Below are positions 1-10,380 of a stretch of DNA of 64,000 bases, piece by piece. The DNA is taken from positions 234,980,001 to 235,044,000 of the forward strand of contig JBNRSN020000007.1 of assembly GCA_051313645.2 (NCBI GenBank), in the 5' to 3' direction. The position numbers were made by a program, and so were the translations under genes. Under the pieces are notes generated by a model. That model had not been told where the DNA came from, did no database searches, and saw only the letters and a program-made list of their open reading frames with translations. The stretch is from Centroscyllium fabricii. Taxonomy: Eukaryota. How positions within the stretch are numbered: position 1 is the stretch's first letter; each line of letters starts with the position of its first letter.

Positions 1-554
1 TCACTGTTTGTTTGTAGTTTCAATGGAATGTAAACAGAAACTGATCCCCTGGGTGATTGACAGCTTGGCTCACACAGACAGCTCCCAGCACGATCTGTAT
101 GAATGGCAGGGATTTAAAGGTTAGTGATTTCTATTTTTTGGGGCACTGCATTTTATCACCTTTGGGTGGCAGCTGCACCTCCAGCATGGTGGAGGCTAGC
201 AAGCTGCCATGTGCCTACTGTGCCCATGCCTTGAAGGTGGCAGTTACCTAGCTGACTGGGTGCCCACCACCTTTCAATGGTGGGGTTCCCACCAGGCAGG
301 TTTTGGGTGGGAAGAGGGTCAAAATAGCGGAGGGCCCTTAAAAAGGATTACTCATCCAATTAAGGGCCCTCAATGAGCTCAGTCTGCATCCCCGCCGGCG
401 GCCTGCAGGAAACATTCGGGGCGGCAAAACCCGCCCGACGAAAATCTGTAATCATTGGGGCTCCGGCGGGGTGGCTTCCCACCTGCCGGATTTGCGATTT
501 TACCCCCCCGCCCTGCCAGAACCCCGCACTCACGGCCCTCTGAAAATCTCCCCC
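1..554. mobile_element. Non-autonomous PIF/Harbinger-like MITE (cut by window start)
   Basis: Ends in AAAATCTCCCCC followed by ATA; carries the subterminal AGGGCCCT palindromes shared with the complete copies at 47090 and 48356; no coding capacity. Confidence 0.65.
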
Positions 555-557
555 ATA

Positions 558-1342
558 GGGGGGGATTTTGCCGGAAGTGCGGGAACCTGGCAGGGATTGG
601 TCTGGGCGGGTTCCTGTCCCACCTGGCCAAAGACCTTGGAAGCCCACGCAATTTTAATTTAATTGAGTTGTTAAATCCCCGCCAGCGGCAGCGGGTGGTA
701 ATTGACTCAATCAAGTCAGGCTGCAGCGGGGCTGCGAGGAGCTTGATTGACAGTTCCAGCACTGGTTGTTGACAGTTCACATGGAAACACTCCACTGTGA
801 CATCACAGGCGAGTGGAACCAATGGAAAAGGTCAAGTGCTGGTGACTGACAGGTGGGCGGGCGGGCAACGAATCCTTGACAGCTTGCACCGGCTGTGAGG
901 AAATGTGCAAAGCTGAGATTTCTCAGTTTTTGCCCACAGCTGGTGCAGCCACCATGGAGTAACTTACTCCTTTAAGGTGCTGGAGGCATGCCAAGCATTT
1001 GGCAGCATGTCCTTCACACCTTGAAGGAAAAAGTAATGACTAGCGCTGTGCTTCCGCTGGGTTTCACCAGCAGGGTTTAAGGTGACAGGGTCAGGGTGGG
1101 AAACGGCTCAAAATGGCTGAGGGCCCTTAAAATGGCATTAAACATGCCAATTAAGGGCCCTTAACGAGGTGACAACCCATCCCCACTGGCCGCCAGCGGG
1201 AAAGTTTCGGGGCGGGGATCAGGGCGGGGGAAAATGATAAAGCGGCGGCAATCCGGCGGGGGGGGTCACGACCCACTGGTTGCGCTATTTTGCCAGCCGA
1301 GCCGCCAAAACCCCGCCTCACGGGGACATGAAATTACCCCCC
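558..1342. mobile_element. Non-autonomous PIF/Harbinger-like MITE, complete (about 785 bp)
   Basis: Ends GGGGGGGATTTT ... AAATTACCCCCC, flanked by ATA on both sides (555-557, 1343-1345); closely similar to 51468-52235. G-rich TIRs with a 3-bp TSD fit PIF/Harbinger. Confidence 0.75.
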
Positions 1343-1345
1343 ATA

Positions 1346-2127
1346 GGGGGGTGTTTTCATGTCCCTGTGAGGCGGGGTTTTGGGCGGCCCGGCCGGCAAA
1401 ATAGCGGAACCAGCGGGTCCCACCCCTCCCCGCCGGATCCCCGCCGATTTCCCATTTTCGGTTGGCCTGTTTCCCCGACCCGAATCTTTCCCGCCGGCGG
1501 CCGGCGGGGATGGCTGATCAGATGATTGAGGGCCCTTAATTGCCATGTGTAATGCCATTTTAAGGGCCCTTGGGGATTTTCAGCCCCTTCCCACCCTAAC
1601 CCCGCCATCCTAAACCCCGCTGGGTGAAACCCATCGGGAGCACAATGATTTTAAAACTTACTCCTTTCAGCTGTTGAAGGCCTTGGAGCTAAATGCTTCC
1701 CAGGCCTTCATCACACTGCAGGAGTAAGTCACTCCCTTAGGGCAGCAGCAGCTGTGGGGAAAAAACTTCAAAAACTGCCTTCCCCATCTCCAATGACAGA
1801 CGCTGGCTCTCTGTCAAAAATTTGAAGCCTGCCCGCCCACCAGCAGCACATGCCTTTCCCCATTGGTTACACTTCACTGTGAGGTCACAGTGGAGTGTTT
1901 CCATGGGAACTGTAAACAAACAGTTCCCGCATTTCCCTCAAGGTGCAGTTTCAGCGCCGTAATTGGCCGCCGGACTGCTACAATTAGCTCAGGCACCCCG
2001 CACGCGGGGATTCAATTGACTAATTAGTCAAAAATAGTGTGGCCTTCCCAGGCCCTTGGCCGGGCGGTTCAGGAACCCACCCCGACCAATCCCAGCTAGG
2101 TTCCCGCTCGTCCAGCAAAATCCCCCC
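1346..2127. mobile_element. Harbinger-like MITE, related subfamily, inverted relative to 558-1342
   Basis: Ends GGGGGGTGTTTT ... AAAATCCCCCC; the first ~250 bp mirror the right end of the preceding copy. Confidence 0.7.
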
Positions 2128-2699
2128 GACAGTTTCTAGAAACAGATTCCCCATCCTAGGTAATGATGGAGTGTTGATTATGCCTCATTTGGCCAGCTTG
2201 TGGCTTATAAAGTGTGGTGAAATGCCTGAGTGTGAATGTCATTTAATTACAAAGATTAGTACAGATGAAGGAAACCTATGGTCCTCCATGTAAATGCTTC
2301 TTGAATGATCTCAGAGTTTATGAGGTAATTTTCACTTTGGGCACGGGTGGAAAACTGATGGCGATGGATTGGTTACCCATTATATAACCCACCCAATTTT
2401 CACTGCTGATATTTGAGGCTGAATATTCCTTAATCTGTCCCAACAGGGTAAGGGTGAGATTTCCACCCGCCACCCCAACCCTGCCATAACCCCAGCCAAG
2501 TTTCTTAGGTCAGGGGTTATTAAGTATTCATGGTGGGCTCCAGGCAGAATCCATGCGAGCAAATAGTGGCCTGCAGTGGCCCACAGTGGGACTATTGCTG
2601 CAGAGGATACAGAAGGTCACTTAGAGGGTCCTGAAGATTGCTGCAAATCCTTTGTGGAAATCCTTGGCTGCAGAAGGGACTTTCAGAAGGTAAGCGGGA

Positions 2700-2870
2700 G
2701 GAGAAACCGTTCCCTTCATCGGGAGACTTTGGGGCCTTCCCAAAGGTTAAAAGAACTAGAGGTGAAATTAGGAGAATTATTTTCACACAGAGGGTTGTTA
2801 AGATCTGGAACACACCATCTGACAGGATGCTGGAATCAGGTTACACAGGAACTTTCAAACGGTGATTACC
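2700..2870 (+). mobile_element. Degraded CR1 LINE ORF2 C-terminal fragment
   Basis: Translates to IRRIIFTQRVVKIWNT, the (R/K)NFFTQRVVxxWNxLP motif of the CR1 ORF2 end. Confidence 0.5.
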
Positions 2871-5080
2871 AACAGAAACATAAGAACAGGCTTCACCTGG
2901 CAGGCTCTGGGAGCAGCGGTAAGAAATAAGACACAAGTCAAATGGATTGGGAACCTGAACCCTGCTGGCATTTGAATGGGGTGGAAAGACAAAGTGGTTC
3001 TGGCAGGGGCTAGGGAGGGAAACTAAAGGACAGGGATGTAGCAGTAGGCCTCGTTGCCAGATTTTCCCATTGTTTCTACTGCTATCCTGCCCAATTTGGG
3101 GTGGGCTGCTGGAGGAAAATCCAGGCCTTCCTGTTTGTTCCCATTTTGGGGTGAGGTATTTGGGGCTGGCAGTGTTCATTGACTCATAACCCAGCCTGAG
3201 TCATTGCCTCTAAGAGGATTATAGGCAGAACACTGGGAAGTGGATATAAAGTTCCCATTTTGTAATAACATACATAATGGAAATCTTTCAGGAATTTATG
3301 CTTTGAATGTGATTCAAACCTACTGCCATTGCTTAGGTAATTAGCTAATATTTTAAATTAGTTGTGCTCACAGTAACTAACTGCTTCATCGGAGGGACAT
3401 TTCTTTTAACAAAAGCTTTCACTGGGCTCTAAACCTGAGCCGTGGAAATTCCATGCAATCATATTCTTATTAATGAAACAGACGCGAAAACACTGCAAAG
3501 ACATAAAACATGCACTGGCCATACAATTTTGCAATAATGAACTGTAAATGATTGTTGGAAAATCTGCAGCACTGGTGTGTAACTCTGCAGTGTGAACACA
3601 TTCGTGTAGCAGGAGTAATTGGCTTCATCAGTGAGAACTGCTGCCAACAGAAATAAAATCAAAGTGACCATAAATAGCAGATTAAAATTAAAGTAGAATA
3701 TCTACTTAAAATAGTGACTAATATTGGGGCTCAGATGACAGTTACGAAATCATTCAAAATTTCCTCTAGTATAATGTGGACTGTTTGTTTAGGTTACTGC
3801 TGGATCATTAGATTCAGGGATATGTTATTCAATATAAAATGCCTTGATTATTTACAAATAGTACGAGTTAATGACATATCAATCGCCAAACCTAGAATTG
3901 TTGTACATCTGTATAATGTGTATAAAATGTCATCAGTTGGATACAATGAATAACTTTTATGAGAGAAAAAGCAGGAGTGGAGTCAACCGTCATAAAAGAA
4001 GTTCTCAAGGTTATGCATTGGTTGATCAGTGGAGACACGGTGTTCAGTCACAGAATGCTGCTTTCTGAATGTTTGCTCAGCACTAACTGGTCATGGACCT
4101 CAAGTAAAATCTATTTAATATTAACAGATTTGGGAAAAGATTCCAATAGACACTGGGAATGCCTTACTTTCGCTTTTTTCCAGTTTCTGCTGGACTGTGA
4201 CATCTGGCCATGCAACTGTAACACTAGACATTGGTTCACACCAGCAGGCTGGCACAAACAGGGCACGGGGAAAGACCCCAGCGCCGGAACATATAAGCCT
4301 GAGGCCCAATCGATATTGGTCCTTGGGCCTCAATTTTAAACCAGACTTGTGAGCTGTGGATGCCTATTTCACATCCCCAGGCAGCCTGCCGGTGAAGTGG
4401 GGATGAATGTTGCGCCGGGGGTATGGGGTAGCGGGGTGGAGGGCGGAGAGGGAGCGGGTGGAGGCATTTGGGTAGGAGGCCAAGTGAGGTCTAGCCGGGG
4501 CTGGCAGCAGTGCTGAGGAGCCAGATGGAATATTACTGTTCTTGGCTCTGAATTATGGTGCACATTTGTTTTTTAAAACATGCTTTTTTGGTGGTGCCCT
4601 CCCAACAGTCCCTTTGAGGATTGTTAGTAAGGCTGCAAGTAAACCAGGTAAGCCCAAGTGAAGCAGGCCTGACACCTGCTGGTCTTGAGGCAAATGAATT
4701 TCTGGAATCGATTCTAAAACAGGCGTTGAGCCCCTTATTTGCATATTCAAGGGGCCTGTTTAGGCTGACACCAGGGAAGCCTCTTCAGCAACTAAAAATA
4801 TGGCATCAGGTGTGTTCCTGATGCTGTTCAGGTGCATGAGGTTGGCCCCCTAAATTGGGCCTATGCTCCATTTTCCACCTAGAAGTGGACACAATGAGGT
4901 CCAATTTCCCCCTTGATGTGCATTTTTTGTTAATTGGCACAAACCCAGTTTTCTGTCTGTATCTGTGGATCATTTCCTGTTTTGTTGATCACAAACACCG
5001 TAGTGCAGTGTTCATATCATTCACAGGAATTGTCAAATTTCCTTTCATCAAAGTTTTATTTATAGACCAGACAATTCTAT

Positions 5081-5220
5081 AGCAAAATACTGCGGATGCT
5101 GGAAATCTGAAATGAAAACAGAAAATGCTGGAAATACTCAGCAGGTCAGGCAGCATCTGTGGAGAGAGAAACAGAGTTAACGTTTCAGGTCGATGACCCT
5201 TCGTCAGAACTGGAAAAAGT
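5081..5220 (-). mobile_element. Penelope-like element terminal repeat (pLTR) fragment
   Basis: Contains a hammerhead core; its right end (GAACTGGAAAAA) overlaps the start of the GIY-YIG-bearing piece at 7081. Confidence 0.65.
5175..5211 (-). ncRNA. Minimal type I hammerhead ribozyme
   Basis: Minus strand AGTT-CTGACGA-A-GGGTC-ATC-GACCT-GAAA-CGTT-AACT: CUGANGA and GAAA cores, stem II GGGUC/GACCU, stem I AGUU/AACU, palindromic stem III AACGUU. Confidence 0.8.
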
Positions 5221-5253
5221 CTGTAGCATCGTGTTAGATCAACTGGATGATGA

Positions 5254-6730
5254 CAACAACAACTTACATTTCTGTAGTGCAGCTCACACACAGAAAGATG
5301 TCTCCAGGAAGCAGAAGAAAATGGAGATTGAGCAGGAGAGAGAAGGGAAACTGAAGGTTTGGGAAGGGGTTCAAAACACAACGGAAGAGAAGGATTTCTT
5401 GGAGGTTTTTGTAAGCAGTGAGGGAGGCGGCAAGGCAGAGAGATTCAGGGAGGGAGTTCTTGAAAGCTAGGGCATAATGACTGAAAGACCAGCGATGGAT
5501 GTTGAAGCAGAGGGAGTGGAAGAGAAGAAATAAGCCAATGTCAGGAGTAGAGGGTGTGATGGCTAGAGGAGATCATCGGGGTGGGGGTGAGGCCATGGAG
5601 TGATTGCAAGGTGAAGATTAGGGTCTTGAAATCAATTCACTGGGGAACAGGGAGACAGTGGAGTTTTCCAAGGATGGGGGTGCTGAACATGTAGGCATTT
5701 ATGGGGGTGAGGACACAGGCTGTTGCACCTTGAATAAATTATAGTTTATGGGTGGGGAAGGTGAGGCGCTGAATAAGGAGAGTGTGGTAACCGTTATATA
5801 TGCTATTTTACCACCGTAATATTGTTGCACAATATTAACCAGCATGTATAGCGGCCGGGTGCATGATACACAGCTTTGTATTGCGACACTGTCGCGGGGC
5901 CAGGTCAGCCACACCTCTAACTCCTCCCCTCAGGTGAGCGCCTTATAGGTGGGGTCTGACCGGCCCCCATTCATTGTGTACCTGATGTTCGATCGGAGCG
6001 TAGCTCCTTTGTAAGCTAATAAAAGCCTTTAGTTAAGGTAACTACGCGTCTTTAGTTTTATTAGACTATTGACGATACGTCAGAGAGAATTAGAAAATTT
6101 GAGCCAATAGGTGATATTAGGGTGTCAGCAGTTAGGGAAGATTTAACGTCTGAGGCAGGCAATGTTTCAGAGGTAAAATAAAGTGGGCTTGGTAACAGAT
6201 CAGATATGTAGAAAGAAATAAGCTGGGTTCAGTCTGAACTGTACACCAAAGTTCAAAACGTCTGGACTTAGCTTAATGTGGCAGACAGGGAGAGTGATGG
6301 AATCAAAAGTGATGACATGTAAAAGACTGATGGGAGTGAAGATTTCTCTTACCTTTTTTATTTTTACTTGGAGGAAATTTCAACTCATCCAGATGTTGGG
6401 CAGGCAGGAGGGAGTGTAGCAATAGCCTTGGGACTGATGGAGAATGCAGAGAAGTAGAGTTGGGTGTTGTCAGAGTACATGTCAAAGGTAACCTCATATT
6501 TCTGGATGACGTTATCGAGGGGGAGCATGCAAATAAAGAGCAGGGGGACCAATAATGGAGCTCGTGGGTATACAGGAGAATATGAGAGAAGATATGACAG
6601 GTATAAGTAAAACAATAAAAAACAGTGCCTCAGAGTTAAACTATAGCAGACATAGTGCAGAAGAAAAAGGATTGGTCAATGGTGTTAAAGGCATTGGGAA
6701 TGGGGAGAGACAATGAGCCATGGTCACAGT
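5254..6730 (-). mobile_element. Old L2-clade LINE 3' fragment, interrupted by a solo LTR
   Basis: Minus ORFs give PLLFICMLPL and DMYSDNTQLYFS (degenerate YADDTQLY); (GTT)n-type tail near 5254. Confidence 0.55.
5783..6082 (+). mobile_element. Gypsy solo LTR (300 bp)
   Basis: TGTGGTAACC...GATACGTCA termini; 5-bp TSD GAGAG at 5778-5782 and 6083-6087; AATAAA near 6018; related to the LTRs at 23066, 31708 and 33404. Confidence 0.85.
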
Positions 6731-6746
6731 TGTACAGATGGCATTT

Positions 6747-7078
6747 ACATAGAAACATAGAAGATAGGAGCAGGAGTAGGCCATTCGGCCCCTTGAGCCT
6801 GCTCCGCCATGCAATGCGATCATGGCTGATCATCCAAATTCAGTACCCTGTCCCTGCCTTCTTCCCATATCCCTTGATCGCTTTAGCCTCAAGAAATATA
6901 TCCAACTCCATCTTGAATACATTTAATGAGTTGGCCTCCACCGCCTTCTGTGGTAGAGAATTCCACAGGTTCACCATTCTCTGGGTGAAGAAATTCCTCC
7001 TCATCTCTGTCCTAAATGACTTACCCCTTATCCTTAGACTGTGACCCCTGGTTCTGGACTCCCCCACCATCGGGAACA
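6747..7078 (-). mobile_element. CR1/HER1 LINE 3' end
   Basis: RTRGHSLRIRGKSFRTEMRRNFFTQRMVNLWNSLP, the conserved 3' UTR and a (TTCTATGT)n tail. Confidence 0.85.
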
Positions 7079-7080
7079 AC

Positions 7081-8630
7081 AGAGCTGGAAAAACTTGGGG
7101 AAGTAACAGATTTTTAAGCAAGTGTGGGGCAGGGAGAGGGAGGAGGGGAGGAAAGAACCAAGGGAAGGTCTGTGATAGGATCGAAAGCAGGAGAGATTAA
7201 AAGACAAAAGGGATGATGGTGCAAGGTAAAAGGAGATGGTAATGGGACAGGTTAAGAAACAAAAGATGACTCTAGATGAGGTGTTAAATGGCAATGGCAG
7301 AATCATCAACAGCTGCCATGTGAGAGAAAAAATAAAACACAGGGACCGAGGTTATAGTCTGAAATTGTTGAACTCGATGTTCAGTCCAAAAGGCTTTAAA
7401 GTGTCTAATTGAAAGATGAGGTGCTGTTCCTCGAGCTTACGTTGAGCTTCGTTACAATAATGTAACAGACCGAGGATGGAGAGATCAGAGTGGGAGTGGA
7501 GCGGAGAATTAAAGTGACAAATGACCGGAAGCTCGGGGTCACACTTACGGACTGAATGGAGGTGTTCTGCAAAGCGATCACCCAATCTGCATTTGGTCTC
7601 GGCACGGTAGCATAGTGGTTAGCACTGTTGCCTCACAACTCTGGAGACCCGGGTTCAAATCCAGCCTCGGGTACTATCTGTGTGGAGTTTGCACATTCTC
7701 CCCGTGTCTGCGTGGGTTTCCTCCGGGTGCTCCGGTTTCCTCCCACAGTCCAAAGATGTGCGGGTTAGGTTGATTTGCCATGATAAATTGATCCTTAGGG
7801 TTAGGGGGATTGAATATGTGGGGTTACGGGGATAGGGTGGGATATGTGTCGGTGCAGGCTCGATAGGGATCGAGGGATATGGGGAGAAAGCAGGGACAGG
7901 GTACTGGGTTTGGATGATCAGCCATGATCTCATTGAATGGTGGAGCAGGCTCAAAGGGCCGAATGGCCTACTCCTGCTCCTATGTTTCTATGTCTCCCCA
8001 ATGTAGAGGAGACCGCATCATGAGCAGCGAATACAGTATACTAAATTGTAAGAAATACAAGCAAATTGCTGTTTCACCTGAAAGGAGTGTTTGGGGCCCT
8101 GGACATGTTTCACCTGGAAGGAGTGTTTGGGGCCCTGGACAGTGGGAAGGGAGGAGCTAAATGGGCAGGTGTTGCATCTCCCGTGCTTGCATGTTAAGGT
8201 GTCGTGGGAAGGAGAAGGGGGGTTGGGGGGTGATAGAGGATTGGACCGGAGGGAGTGGTCCCTTCGGAATGCTGAAAGGTGGGGGGGAGGGGAAGATGTG
8301 TTTGGTGGTGGGATCACGCTGGAGGTGGCAGAAATGGCAGAGGATGATCTGTTGAATGGGAAGGCTGGTGGGGTGAAAGGTGAGGACAAGGGGAACTCTA
8401 TCGTGGTTCTGGGAGGAAGAGGAAGGGGTGAGAGCAGAAGTGCAGGAAATGGAACGGACATGGTCAAGGGCCGTGTCAACCACAGTAGAGGGGAAAAAGG
8501 AAGACATATAAGAAGCACTAGTATGGAATGTGGCATTGTCAGAACAGATGCAGCAGAGACGGAGATACTGGGAGAATGGGATAGAGTCCTTACAGGAAGC
8601 GGGGTGGGAGGAAGTGCAGTCCAGGTAGCT
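7081..8630 (-). mobile_element. Penelope-like element 3' part (GIY-YIG endonuclease region), decayed and interrupted by a SINE
   Basis: Minus ORFs RVPLVLTFHP, CKHGRCNTCP...NLVYCIRCS and GDRFAEHLHSV...HFNS...QRKLEEQHLIFQLDTLKPFGLN; 36-bp tandem duplication near 8070-8140. Confidence 0.75.
7601..7991 (+). mobile_element. HE1-type V-SINE (tRNA head, V domain, CR1/HER1 tail)
   Basis: A box TAGCATAGTGG, B box GGTTCAAATCC, V domain GTTTGCACATTCTCCCCGTGTCTGCGTGGGTTTCCTCCGGGTGCTCCGGTTTCCTCCCAC; tail shared with CR1 3' ends in this window. Confidence 0.9.
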
Positions 8631-10380
8631 GTGTGCACTAACAGGAGGAGCAAAGCAACCACATTTTTCCCCGTTTGGGTCCAGGACCTGTCAGATGGTT
8701 AGAAACTGAGTTCAGCTTGAAAAACTGATGTATATTAAGTGTGTATGCATATATGTATGTGTATGTGCGTGTGTGTATTTACATAGATACATTCATAATG
8801 AAATATGTTCATTTGGTGACCTAGATTAAAAGTGACAATAATAAAATATTTAAATTTAAGGGAATGATACAACTGCTATGTTATATAAATTTTTAGTTTT
8901 CAATATATTTTCACAATTAATTTGTTATAGCCTGGCATGTTTGTTATAGTGATGGCATGCAATTATCATGCCAATCTTTTAAATCTAGCTAACTGTACTA
9001 ATTTGAAGATTTATAACTGAGTGAATAGAATTGAAGATCCCAACTCAATGGTCTTTGAAATACTGGGAGATAAATGTAAACAGAAGACAGGGAATTCTTT
9101 ATTATACGGCTCCGGCGGGACCGGCGTGTTGATGGATTATGAAAATGTCTGGATAACGGAGAGGGTATCCACTGAGGTTTTTTTTAAACAAAAAAAAATC
9201 AAGAAATGTGCAGTATACAGTAATTGGGTACTCACCAACAACATGTTGTGTTAAATGGATGTGGATTGTGGCAGTTTGGAGAACTGCCCTGTGGTGATTG
9301 TCCTTGTTTTGTAAGAAGCATTGTGGTTGGTTGCCTGTTTTTCCTACCTTGAAATATATGCTGTAACCTTATTGGTTAATCGATATCATGAGACCAACGG
9401 TGGCCATCTTAAATTTAGTTTAGTTTGGACTGGATGCTCAACATGTGTGTGCTGGTTTTTAAAGTTAATAAAGCCTAGTTTTTGGAAAGGCTTTCTACTC
9501 TTCATTTCATACCCCACTGATTAACTCAGCCATCACACGAGACTTGGACTCGGCAACATTGCTGGTTATTGAGGTGTTGTTTTCGCATGCCGGTTAGTAG
9601 AGAATTCCGGATATTTAGGTGTCGGGTAATAAAGAGTTTCCTGTATTTGATTTAGGTTCTGAGTGTGCATCTATATGATGCAGGTTTTAAACTACCTGCC
9701 GAAAGTGAGATTAGAAGTTTTTCCCCCTCCAACAGAATAATAGAAATGTGGGACAGGCTGCAAGTAAAATCAGTTAATGCTTCAAAAAAGGAGCTGACAT
9801 GGCTAGGCATAGACTGAGCTGATCAAATTGTCCATGAGACTATGTTGTTGAGAGTTGTGCATGAAGGGATTCTAGCCAGGAGTGAAAAGAAGGATTGAGT
9901 AAATACTCTGGAGTTCGTTCGGTTATCACTAGGGGTCAGAGAGCATTTATGCAGAATTTCCCCTCAAGCGATTAAATAGGTGGGACAGAGGTCTCAATGG
10001 CGTATATTGCATGTGGTTTGTGGAAGGATCTAGCCTCTGACTAAACAGTCTTTACTTATTCCTTTCTCCTCCTCTGAAACTTAAATTACATTCCCTTTCT
10101 CTCATTGTAAGTGTTAACACCCTGCTGGGCTATAGTTCCATAGGCACAAGTTACCTGCTGGTACTTTGCACAAATGCTTATTCTTCATGTTTCAACATCG
10201 ATGGTAGGTGGTGGTAGCTGTTTTTCACCCTGGAGGTTATTACAGCTGAGCCCGATTCTGCTGTTGTTGATGTCTGCAGATGTCCACTTTCAGCAGGTTT
10301 TTCTGCATTGTGATCAGGAGTGGGAGCCTTTGCTAATTTTCTCTTTGTAACCCTGGATACTAAGGCTAATTCTAATGTAG

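Noticed and set aside
57-2293. Short overlapping ORFs in GC-rich MITEs (also 47028-49288 and 55013-55747)
   Set aside because: No recognisable domains; they arise from GC-rich palindromic repeat sequence.
7601-7680. tRNA genes at the A/B-box sequences (also 12845, 18888, 19813, 20261, 43993, 44161)
   Set aside because: Each continues into a SINE or LINE body, so these are tRNA-derived heads and not tRNA genes.
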